A DNA stretch of 64,000 bases. It comes from Veleropilina oligotropha. Its lineage: Eukaryota. The notes beneath the pieces were generated by a model, which was given only the letters and a program-made list of their open reading frames with translations, was not told the origin of the DNA and did not search any database. A program made the position numbers and the translations under genes. This document shows, piece by piece, positions 1-10,844 of this stretch. The stretch is taken from contig JBEUKZ010000078.1 in NCBI GenBank assembly GCA_048128005.1, positions 310,001 to 374,000 of the forward strand. The letters are read 5' to 3'. Numbering within the stretch: position 1 is the first letter of the stretch; each line of letters starts with the position of its first letter.

Positions 1-656
1 TTTGACGCTTGGGGAGATTCCCGTTTGTGACGTTTTTAAGTATGGGTTATTAACCCAGAGATAGGGTTTTCCTTTCAGGAAAGACCTGGCGGAGTGAATA
101 TAAGACTATGGTTATCGGACAAGTCAATCCGAGGGCTTTATTTACATGCAGTTAAAATACGACATCTTACACACTGTTATACATTGTCACTTGATGTATT
201 ATATTTTAAATTTTACCAAATTATATAGCATTTTAAATAAAAGTTGTTTATTTGTTAAATGATGAAATCACATAATCAAGATGATGAATAATTAATTAAT
301 TATTAGTTATGTTCATTGCTCAAAGTGCTCAAATTCTAAGAAAACATCGTGTTTGAAAACATAAATCCAATACATAAACCAGGGAATATGATGCAAGCCC
401 TTGTACCAATGCATGATTTGCCGCTTGGTAGACGCATCCAGTGTGTTTTGTTTTTCCGCTTGAGTTCCGCTTGCCGCCCGCGTGACTTTTCCGCCCGCGT
501 CCTGTCTGTTCTCAGCTTAAGACCGATTTAAATGTATCCATCACCGCGCGTCCGTTGCCGGGCAGGAAAAACCAGAGAGAAAAAACAGTTTTACATTTTG
601 TATGAACAAACTCTTGAAACCTGCGTTCGAACCAAATAAAACTTAACGTGCTGCTT

Positions 657-2383
657 GCTGGACATACAAACTAGAAATGACTTTGCACGCTTTTGGTCAC
701 CATTGCCCGCCTGACCACAATGCCTGCCATTGGTCTAATATAACAACGTGAACAACATTTCACGCCCTTCAATTGCAGGCTTAAATTTAATGATAATACG
801 TTACGTCCAGACAATATTTTCTCGTTATACTACGAAACGCGAGAGACGTAACGGTATAGTCTAAACTAAACACCAATGCTAAACAACATTTTGCATTTGC
901 CTCTAGCTAGATTGAACAAAGAACGGGAAGCAACGAAGATAATAACGTTTAAGTTATGTAAAAACGTGACTAAGTTGCATTAACACGTTTCTGATACACA
1001 CTACGTAAATCGACGAAATCTATAAGACATGACTGTTGGAAACATTTAAACGAGATACTAGAAAATTTGCAATGTAGCCGTTCTTGACAGAATCACTTTT
1101 CCACCTGCCGTGACGTTCCAACATCTCTCATTGCGTTTGCAGCCTCCGACGCACCATCTGCGCGCAATGAGTGTAAACCAATGTTTAAATCTTCGGACAC
1201 CTCTTTCAAACGAGCAACAATGCATTCTCTAGCTCTAGTGTTACTCAATTTTTTGGTTTTTACGAATTAATTTGCAATCTTTACCTGAACGATAAAGTGA
1301 CCTAAATAAAACATGTTTAAATTGTTTTGAATATCTGCCAATAGGAAATATTTGCGAAGCATATTGTACGGGCATGCATCGGACTCGCCTTTGGATATTA
1401 CTATAGTGTCACCTTGCGTCTATCTATATTGGTCAGTTTTTACTCTGTTCGATACAAACGGAAAAATACGTGTCATAAAAATTAATTTTGCTACATTTCA
1501 AAGAATTAAGCTCTTCAAACCTCAATAACGAATTAAAACATACTAAGATCATGGTCAAATCTCTAATGACTAGTAATTCGGATGGTTGTCTGTATTTGAT
1601 GAACAGTTGTACAATCATATATCTTTGGTAATGGACTCTTTCTTGATAGTTATTTTGTTGGCGTGTCGCTTAGCTGCTTCTACTAAATTGTGCACAAATT
1701 GTCAGTGGGATCGATCTTGCTCAGAATGTCGTATATCCATTTAATAGCATATTTGACACAAGATATCTCGTTGAAAGAAGATCCGGAGTCCAAAAGTTGT
1801 GTTAGAAACAATACAATCTGGCTGGATACACCTGGAATGGCATCCCATCCTTGCTCTCCATAAAGTGCTTCCATTTATTAAAATAAGAAAAGTTCTTGCT
1901 ATCAGTAGCCTGTCCTCGTGAAAGAACAAGATTTTTGCTGTTAGCTTTGAATTCCTCTCCATTCCCGTTTCTGCAAAATTTATAATTGTCCGTGTTCAAA
2001 TTCCGAACTTTTGCCATTTGTGCTTCTGACAATTCACACTGATTATCACACAGGCTCCTTCCAAATGAATCAAATTTAGACGCTAAAAGATGCCCATACT
2101 GTGTAATATTTTATTTGTAGGCGCATTTACTACAGAATTAATTTTTGCGCTGATAAATTCGTCCATTTCTGAATCCATCTTGCGAAACTGTTGCTCGCTG
2201 GACATATAAACTAGAAGCGACTTTGCACACTTGTGGTCACCTTTGACCGCCTGACCACAACGCCTGCCATTGGTCTAATATAACAACGTGAACAACATTT
2301 CACACCCTTCAATTGCGCCTAAGCAATGATAATACGTTACGTCCAGACAATAGTTTTTCGCTATAGTACGAAACGTGAGAAAC
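657..2383 (-). mobile_element. Internally deleted DIRS/Ngaro-like tyrosine-recombinase retroelement bounded by ~190-bp direct repeats
   Basis: Direct repeats at ~657-845 and ~2197-2383 (gctggacata...ctgaccacaa...ttggtctaatataacaacgtgaacaacatttcac...ttacgtccagacaata). Between them, on the minus strand: a gag-like start (ATG at 2178, MDSEMDEF...YKFCRNGNGEEFKANSK) followed by frameshifted recombinase pieces. Confidence 0.7.
1040..1930 (-). pseudogene. Tyrosine recombinase (YR) pseudogene
   Basis: Frameshifted pieces read FNKWKHF, CFNSLLRFEEL (catalytic R box), IEQSK.DQYR, GLHSLRADGASEAAN (HxxR) and RHGRWKSDSVKNGY (H/W and catalytic Y). Confidence 0.85.
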
Positions 2384-2389
2384 GTATAT

Positions 2390-2580
2390 TCTTATATCCT
2401 GTATATTAACAACCTTCAGGTTCCATGCAGGACAATGAAATGTACATATTATTGTGGGATAAAAGCCCGGTCGCCCGGGGAAACCCACCCTCTCCTGCCA
2501 GTAATGGACAGCTGCATGCGATTGATAACTGAACAATGAATGTCATTGCCCCAACAGAGAGTCGAACCCACTCCTGTTAG
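2390..2580 (-). mobile_element. tRNA-derived SINE, family A (degraded)
   Basis: Matches the TSD-bounded copies at 39638-39905 and 44531-44805; B-box-like gggttcgactc on the minus strand. Confidence 0.65.
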
Positions 2581-2599
2581 TTATTTAAATCGAGCCAAT

Positions 2600-2995
2600 G
2601 AATTCAGAGTCGACACTCGAGACCACACGACGACCTTGATGGCATACTGTTGAAAATGGTCCGATATTGTATGACGGTTGTTATTTAATTGCGTTTCGAG
2701 AAGCCATATTGGACCAAAATCTACTTGCTCTCTACAATTTTGAATCTTCTTCGAAGATTGTTCTCCATGATCCTGCGTGAAGTTCACCATCTTCTCCAAC
2801 GCAGTCAACGAGGCCAGATGGAATATATCTAAAAGATGGTACTATAGATTCATCTGATAGCAAGTAATTGTGCAAAGCAGCTGCAACATTCAAAACACAG
2901 TCAAAAGGGCACTTGAATATGCGCCGTTATGTTTCCGTAATTCTAAAGGCGGCGTCCAATGTTCTTTGGACCCTAGTCAGACGGTAATTAAATGA
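2600..2995 (-). pseudogene. PIF/Harbinger transposase C-terminal fragment
   Basis: Minus-strand translation gives FNYRLTRVQRTLDAAFRI (compare the Harbinger motif FNYRLSRARRVVENAFGI), AAALHNYLL and GLVDCVGEDGELHAGSWRT; disrupted. Confidence 0.7.
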
Positions 2996-3027
2996 AATTA
3001 AACATTTTCAGTAAAACTTTAAATATA

Positions 3028-3285
3028 GTGGGTGTGGGTTCGAACCCTTGTTGGAAACATTGTTCTATTAGTTAGCAGTCACATTTGTTGTTGTCATAAC
3101 TGACCAGTGATCTCGGTTGGAACATGACATTATTTGTTCAGTTATGAATCACTGTTACCAGTAACTGGTCGGTGACAGCGGGCTTCCGCAGGCTTTCCTT
3201 CCGCGATAATACGGACATGTCCTGCTTTGAAACTGGTGGTTGTAAATATACAGGACATTAACCATCAATGTTTTTCTTTCCTTTT
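3028..3285 (+). mobile_element. SINE family A
   Basis: B-box gggttcgaaccc; body ending ccgcgataatacggacatgtcctg...tgtaaatatacaggacattaa. Confidence 0.65.
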
Positions 3286-3898
3286 TACAATGGGCCTCTT
3301 CTCTAACAAAGACAAAGTGGAAAATCTGTGTCTGTTCCGGTCAAACAAGCATGTTTTGATGGGTTCAAATTTCCTTCTTCAAAATTGGTTCAAACCTCAG
3401 ACCTACTAAAGCTTTTGATCATGTGTTTGATATATCTTTTGATCACCTATATATTGCTCCAAGATACAGTGGAAAATTCCAATGCAGCAAATTGTCAGCC
3501 GAAAATTTAGCCACTGTTCTGTAGATAGCATGGACAGGAATTCCGTATTTTACACATTCCATATTGCCTGGCACGTACATTTCATGGAATATTCCATTGA
3601 CTTTACATTTTCAAGACGACAGCTATCCGCACCACTTTATTAGGAATTCCTTGTTGCAAGAACTCGAAGAGTCCGAGATAGTCTCTCATCCATGCTTATA
3701 GATGATCAATGGTTTCCTTTGTGGAATATAAACAGATCTATCCGGTATAAAAGATCGTTATATATCTCTGTTCTCATCCAAACTATCTGTAGTGAATATC
3801 GTCGCTTTCCAATGCTCGAATAAGGGAATTTAATTCGCCTGTTGATTGAACGGACATACCAATTTCCTCTATTGCACCTTTTCTTTTGCAGCAGGAAA

Positions 3899-4119
3899 GG
3901 AAAGGAAAGGATCGATGCTTAATGTCCTGTATATTTCCATCTATCATAAGAAGGCCATGTTCATATTATCGCGGGAGGAAAGCCCAATCGTGATTCATAA
4001 TTTGAACAAATGTGTGATGTCTCTGCCGAGGTTCGAACCCACTACTGTTCGCGTCAGCGGAATCAAGCCAATGATTTTTCGGATTCAACAACCGAAACCA
4101 CACGGCTGTCGAAGCGGCC
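3899..4119 (-). mobile_element. SINE family A with 12-bp TSD
   Basis: TSD tgcagcaggaaa at 3887-3898 and 4120-4131; (ttcct)n tail on the minus strand. A paralogous copy lies at ~30440-30657. Confidence 0.8.
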
Positions 4120-4420
4120 TGCAGCAGGAAAATTAGCAGGGGGTGTATCTATATATTTATCTAAGCCATATAGCAATTTTAGGGACGGAATTTAAAGCAT
4201 CAACCCCGTTGTGTTTGTTTCGGTCGTGCGGCTCTCGTTTAGATCGTATAGCATCTGACATCATACCCGGAGATGCGCACGAATGTTTGACGAGGTAATA
4301 ACGTAAGCGCAGCAGGTGCATAGTCAGTAACAAAACACGGCTCAACTGGGGCGGAATCACAATAAATTGAATAATTTAAAGTCTTGTGAATATGAACGTC
4401 AATGTAATCACTGCACGTCT

Positions 4421-4616
4421 ACTCTTCTGCATGGCCTACCACCGCACCGATGGTGATAGACTTTCACTGCACTCTTCTGCATGACCTACCACCGCACCGA
4501 TGGTGATAGACTTTCACTGCACTCTTCTGCATGACCCACCATCGCACCGATGGTGATAGACTTTCACTGCACTCTTCTGCATGACCTACCACCGCACCGA
4601 TTGTGATAGACTTTCA
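4421..4616. repeat. 50-bp minisatellite, 4 copies
   Basis: Unit actcttctgcatgacctaccaccgcaccgatggtgatagactttcactgc starts at 4421, 4471, 4521 and 4571. Only one unit is present in the paralogous segment at 31252. Confidence 0.95.
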
Positions 4617-5269
4617 ATGGCAGCAGAAATTCAATGTTGATGCGATTTATTAAGTAATCAATAATGAGCAATGTCTAAAAGTTTCGTCACTTTGCGTCAT
4701 GTAATTTTAGTAATGCACAATATTTATTGTGTTAATGTAGATATAGATAATACAGATATCACGACAACCATTTTCTTTTCGGATTTAAATTATACCTTAT
4801 ATAATTTACCCTTAATAACCATAATACAGGAGGCTTGGGGTGTGTCTTGCTAAAAAGTGATCTATAAATATATTATGGCGGCTAATTCGTGACATTTCGC
4901 TTCTTCGTTACTTCGTATCTTCACCCCACTATTTTGTCAAGCGAAGAGACACAGACAAGCTAGCAACCCTCTCTTCGCCTCCTGTGTTATCAAGCGATGG
5001 AACGAAGATGAAGATGCGATAATTAGCATGACATTGTTTCGTAAAACTGAAGGCAAAGTGACAATAATTAGCATTGCTCTGTCTCTTTGTCTTTTATCCG
5101 AAGTCAGCAATATAGCTGCACAGGTAAAACGTTTCTCGATAGCTCAACGAGAAGTGCCCCGGACAATGGCCACGCAAATTGGAACAATATGAATCTGGGT
5201 TCCGACTGAGCAATATTCTGAAAACGTTGTTGAAGATATTATCGATAGATTTAATTCAATGCTGAAAAA

Positions 5270-5420
5270 TTGTATATTAAAAACGAACAATTAGACGGGC
5301 CTATGACATTGGAAGAAGTCACAAAAGCAATATGAAAATTAAAAAGACGTAAGTCACTTAGTTGGGAAAATATTCAAAGATGGTAAAGGAGTATTGTTAC
5401 CATTTACTTATCCTGTTGTA
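5270..5420 (+). pseudogene. Short degraded LINE ORF2 fragment
   Basis: LDGPMTLEEVTKAI*KLKRRKSLSWENI resembles the pre-RT region of non-LTR retrotransposons. Confidence 0.45.
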
Positions 5421-5452
5421 TTATGCAGAATACCCCAAGGTTTACACCACCT

Positions 5453-5665
5453 TCCTCGATAGCTCAACTGGTAGAGCGTCGGAAAAACGAAAGTGGGACA
5501 GTAGGATGTGAGCTCAAACCCCCGTTCCGACGTTGCTATTCTAACGCTTAAAGCTAATAGATGGCATATCCCTAATATATGTCGGTCAGATCGGAGTGAG
5601 ACCTTAAATCGGGTGTCACGACGACGATACAGCTGAAATTGATAAGTGGTCGTAAAACAATTCTG
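5453..5665 (+). mobile_element. tRNA-derived SINE, family B
   Basis: A-box-like tagctcaactggtagagc and B-box-like gagctcaaacc; a related copy lies at ~23900-24115. Confidence 0.5.
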
Positions 5666-6888
5666 CCAACCATTGTCAACGAGGTTTGTACAAAGGCATA
5701 ATTGTGTCACTAGGTAAATCCAGACAACTATATATATAGATATAGAGGCATAGCATTGTCAAGTTTCTTAGGTAAATTATTTTCGTCGATAATATTCCGA
5801 TGAGTTAATATTCCGATGAGCAGAGTTGAATGGCAAATATAATGACTGCCAATATGGATTTCGATCATCTATAGAAGTATGACTGATTGTTTATGACCTA
5901 TATATATAGACTGTAAACGAAAAATTATAATCAAATTAAAGCATTTGACAATAATTATGGAAATGAACAGAGATATTCAGAATAAGATGCCGCTCCGATA
6001 ACCGTGTAGTCTCGAGTGCCGACTCTATAATCACTGGATTGACTGCTCTGACTAACAGTTGTGCGTTCGAATTTCAGTTGAGGCAATGACATTATATCTT
6101 CAGTTGCCAAGTCGTGACAGTTGTACGTAACTGATCGGCGATGGTGAACTGACCTCCTGCGAAAATATGGACATGTCCGGGTTTGAACCTGGGAGTTGTA
6201 AATAAGCAGGACAATAAGCATCGATCCAATCTAATAAATTCAGAACAACACAAAATTTCAGCAGATATTTTTATTGTCCTTATTATGTACAGAAAAACAA
6301 AAAAATATATAACAAAGTCAAATTGTAAAATTTCATCAAAATAGTCGTCAATATTTACACTAATGCACAGTATATAAGATTAAATTACGATAAAAATAAT
6401 TATAAAATTAAGGATTTTTACAAATTATCTGCAGTCGCACATTGCGCAGACATTTTACTTTTAAATTGAATTTAGCAAAAAATAAATATTGCATATTAAA
6501 AAAACATGTAAGTAGATAGCACATCCTTTGCGTAGCTAACATTATTATATGTAGAAAATACTGGCACTTTTTGCAAAATCTATAAAATATACCTTTTAAT
6601 TAAATAAATATTATATAATATTAATAAGTAAACATTTCTCTATACCGTGTCATCTTTCCTTCACGATGCTCGGTGAGGTTGCGCGATTGAAACACATATT
6701 TAGAGGTAGTAATCGTCATGAACTATACAATACATCGTTTACTATTACGCTACCAATATCAAGACATTTTACTATATATAATGACTATAATGCTACACTC
6801 TCTTAAGCATGCGCAACCGATTTCGCCAATACTGAAATTACCAGAATTCGTAAATACTTATTAGAAATGCAAATATGCCACTGTATTA

Positions 6889-9800
6889 TTAGACTGGTGT
6901 AGTTTGGCGGCTGCGAATATATGTCACGTTATTCACAGGGTAAAATCCGTATTTCTTGAGAGAACGGGGAGATTTCTTTGTCCACCCGTAACACATGCCT
7001 TCTGCATTTGGCGCCCTCTTTTGCTTCAGCGTCATGCCTAAAATAAGCAAATGAAATACATATTTAAATTAAAATTTGAATTTTGATATTATGATTCGTT
7101 GCCATCGTAAAAATATGAAAAAATATCAGATTTAAATATTTTGAAGCGATTCCATTTCAACATACTCGATCCTGACATAAACGCATCCATCCACGTTATT
7201 CATTGTTAAAAGTGCATATTGACGTTCATGTCAGTTTTACTTCTTGGCCCATTCATTTACTATATTGGTGTAGCCAGAGAGAGAGCAAGTAACAAGGGTA
7301 TTTTCAACCATGGACTTAGATAATTTAACACCAATACCTTTTTTCAAGCTGAGGTCTTTGCGGTTTGGCTTCTTGTACTCTTCGATGACGGTCACGTACA
7401 CGTTTTCACTATCTACTTCTGTGTTGATGTATTCAGATACCAGATGCATCGTATCTGTAATATGAACGTGCATTGAACATGATATGCAGCCATAAGTATT
7501 AGTTACTGTTTAAACCTTGTCAATGTTAAAGACAAGAGACAGGACACAAAGGTGACACAATTCCTTTTGCCATTTAACTGATATATTTTGAAAAAGAAAA
7601 GCAAATTACCAATAGCTACCATCTAACGAATACACACGTGAAATGCAGTAGCGAATAAAAAACACAGTAAGAATAACTCAACGTAAACTTTATAATCGTT
7701 ATGCATACACCGGTAGTTTTACTCTGTAGACCTACGTATTCTGTAATAGTGATGTATGCAAGAACCCAACATTCTAACGTACCATGCCAATCAAAGCGCA
7801 GAGACTTCTTCTTTTTGCAAATATTTGTCACTGTAAATAAAATAATAAATTAATAACTTCAGAAACAGTTCATCCGCCTCAAACAGTTCATCGAGCCACT
7901 GTATTACAAAAGGATTGTGCAAGTTGTAGAATTTATTGAAATACTCTTTCCCATATTAACTCAGGAAGAAAGCTCGGCCGCCCGGTTAAAACCAAAAATG
8001 TGATAGATATCTAAATAAAAAATGTCAAATTACTATAATCGGGGTTTGAACGTACTCTTGTTAGACAGAGCCGTCAAGCGAGATAATTCTTATTTCACAC
8101 TCTGATGCACTCAACTACAAGTGCGACATCATATAGAGGAAGGTTTATCAGTTATTGTCATTAAGACAATTCTACTATACAAATACAAAAGTTAAAAACA
8201 AGAAAGCAGCAAACAGCTGCAACATTTAACAAAATGCAACATAAAATGGCAACGCGAACAATTTACCTATTTAGGTAATATTTATACGATCCACACTTCG
8301 AAATTCTGAAAGCGAATATTTGATATTCATATGATCATGGTGTTTAAATTTAATTTCACATCATACGCTGTGTTGAAAGAATTGATTAATAGATTTATGA
8401 CAATCTTTACGTCATGAAACTTTTAAGTCAACTGAATTGTTTATTACAAGAATCCAATAGATTTACGTTCAAGATAGCTGTACGCATTATACGTATTAAA
8501 TAGTTATAACAATATGTACTTTTCTTCCTCACCTGTTTCAGTCGTAAGTGCTTTATTTGCGGCCGGACGTTTTCTATAGACATCTGGACGCTTTCTCTCA
8601 TATTTCGCAAAGGAGTCAAATTCGTCTCCAATATTGCATAAAGTCTCATCGATCACTGAAATGTAATAAATATCTCATAATTAAATATGTTATAGATATC
8701 ATTGTCATACATATTAGTAGTTCGCTGTTTGTGCTTGCTTAAATATATCAAAAGATACATGTCATAACATTTATCCGCAGTGCGTTCCGTACCATTTAAT
8801 TGAATTTTCGTTTCAGCATCGATGCTCTGATGGTTTGCTTTCAGCTTGTAAGCAAGTTCATCATTTCTATTTTTTCGTTCATTTTCCTAAAAAGTCAATA
8901 GGCATAAAACGAACATTAAAATCGTCAAAATTCACATAGAAGGGCATCACTAATGCTTTTGAGATAATGCTTGCATGCAACAGAGATGCACTATATTTAG
9001 AAGACATACATTGATCTTAACATCAAATATGTCTACATAATTATACTAGTTTAGATCTAAGTAATATCTAATCGATAAAAATGCATGACGGCTTTACATA
9101 GAGACGTTGAATATGTTTAAAAGTTATTTTGCAACATGGAAAGAAAATTTCACTTAAAATGGCTTTAATTATAGCTATTATTAAGTAGGAAGTATCCATA
9201 CCCTTTGTCCATGAATGGGCAAGGCTTCTCCTGCTTCACTGAAATGGAAAGGAAAAGTATATTTATCTTTTTACATTAAATGACTAAATTTCGGCTGCCA
9301 CACACGTCATAAATTGATATATACATACATGACAGAAATCTTCAAAACAGCTGATTTCTAGCCTGATAATGGATACTACATGTATATATGCCGATTCCAA
9401 TATGTCATTCATATAAACTGATTCGTATGAAATTCATTATATAAATAATAACCTTTGAATATTTATGTGTCTTGCATAATTGATCGTTGCTTAATGATAA
9501 AATTATCGCTGTTTCTGTTAAGGATATTTTCTTTTCTCATTGTTCTAATTTATTGATTTCCAATTTATTGCTATAAAATAAATGCACAACTCTAAAGTCA
9601 TTTCAGCTTTGACATTAGCCTGTTAGTATTTATTATTAGAAACATCCCTTATACATAGTTATTTGCTTACATCTCCAGGTTTTCGCGAATATCCGACATC
9701 GTTTCCCATTTCTTTGGTGACGACGATGCGGACTTCGACGAGCACGATTTCTTGAAAAATCGCCAACAGCATGACAGACTGCTCTTCTCTTCATATACCG

Positions 9801-10496
9801 CAGCTTGTCGGTATACGATACGATTACTGTTACTAAAATATATAAATATAAAAGTTCATTTCAAATTTGAAAATCTTTTTGTTAATGACTGAATGTTCTT
9901 CATTGCAAGAAAGTGTACACTTCACGATATAAAGACTCGAGAAGTTTTCGATTTCTGTTAATTGTCCCGGAGAGATAATGAATTTAACAGAATTACCAAT
10001 GAGGAAATATATGTCTAAAAGGTAGAAATATAATAACATTTCTACGTTTTAGAAATATATTTCCGATTGTCTTACTTGAGCATTGTGTATTTTAATGATA
10101 AAAAAGTCTATTTGGAAATAACGCACGGATAACTAGGGTAATTTTGATGCAAGACAATGGCTGATGTACCAAAAAGTGATACCTGGGATATATCGTTATA
10201 TTTTCATGTTCGAAGCCTTAATTTGCTGTTTACTTGTTCATCGATTTTTACTCTACAAGATTGTAAATGATTTCGTGAAAAATTCAAGTAAAAAGATAGT
10301 TTAAACCTAAAACTTTGGAAAAATCTTTGAAAATTCAAGATGGCCGCCATGACGGATTCACAGCAGAATGCCATGCTTCTAGGAAAATGGGAGTTTACGT
10401 TTTTAAATTAATCCTGGTCGGCTTAAAGGGCACTCACGTAAACGTATCTTCACTTATTTGTGCAATTGCTTGCATATCGTTTGAAGTATTCATCAT
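6889..10496 (-). CDS. 11-exon host gene, copy 1: ~302-aa protein with C-terminal divergent SH3 domain and BH3-like motif; premature TGA in exon 2
   Basis: Exons 10496-10438, 10252-10183, 10107-10076, 10014-9997, 9832-9671, 9238-9202, 8886-8793, 8655-8533, 7830-7783, 7454-7338 and 7037-6889. All introns are GT-AG, all phases are compatible and the total is 909 nt. SH3-like segment: VYVTVIEEYKKPNRKDLSLKKG|MTLKQKRAPNAEGMCYGWTKKSPRSLKKYGFYPVNNVTYI. TGA at 10204-10206; open from Met52 (ATG at 10083). Confidence 0.8.
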
Positions 10497-10590
10497 TAAT
10501 TCTCTTCAAATGAAGATTTTCGAGGGAGAGATTGTCTTTACGTGGCAACAAAATGGCTGCACTTTCTCGAAAATGGTGACGCTCTTAACG

Positions 10591-10618
10591 TGACGTCATA
10601 GAAGACATCATGACGTCA
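10591..10618. promoter_or_regulatory. Two palindromic CRE motifs (TGACGTCA) upstream of the SH3 gene start
   Basis: tgacgtca at 10591-10598 and 10611-10618, about 100 bp 5' of the minus-strand ATG at 10496. One motif is retained in copy 2 (~35905). Confidence 0.4.
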
Positions 10619-10844
10619 TATGAAACGTCTCTCGGTAATCTCCCGTGAACTATGCAAACGTCAAAGAGTAAACTGCATGGTATGCCAGGGCCGAATTTAG
10701 GATTGTATACCGTATTACGGGAGAGAAACAAAACTATTTGCCCTTGAAGGGGATATTTAGGGAAGGGGGGGGGGGTTCTGTTTCACGGAACGTGAATATG
10801 CAAAATTCTGCAATGCGAACCATAATTTTTGACAGATATTTGTG

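Noticed and set aside
3300..3880. Possible decayed coding sequence (EFLIKWCG, chromodomain-like)
   Set aside because: Too short and interrupted by stops to assign.
4421..4616. Possible CRISPR-like repeat
   Set aside because: A pure 50-bp tandem repeat; it is a single unit in the paralogous segment.
7712..7740. Extra exon (EYVGLQSKTT) in the SH3 gene
   Set aside because: It would require an intron of only ~42 nt and a weak donor; not included without RNA evidence.
9678..9810. Plus-strand exon reading DIVSHFFGDDDADFDEHDF
   Set aside because: It is the antisense of exon 5; only the minus-strand frame links to neighbouring exons in phase.
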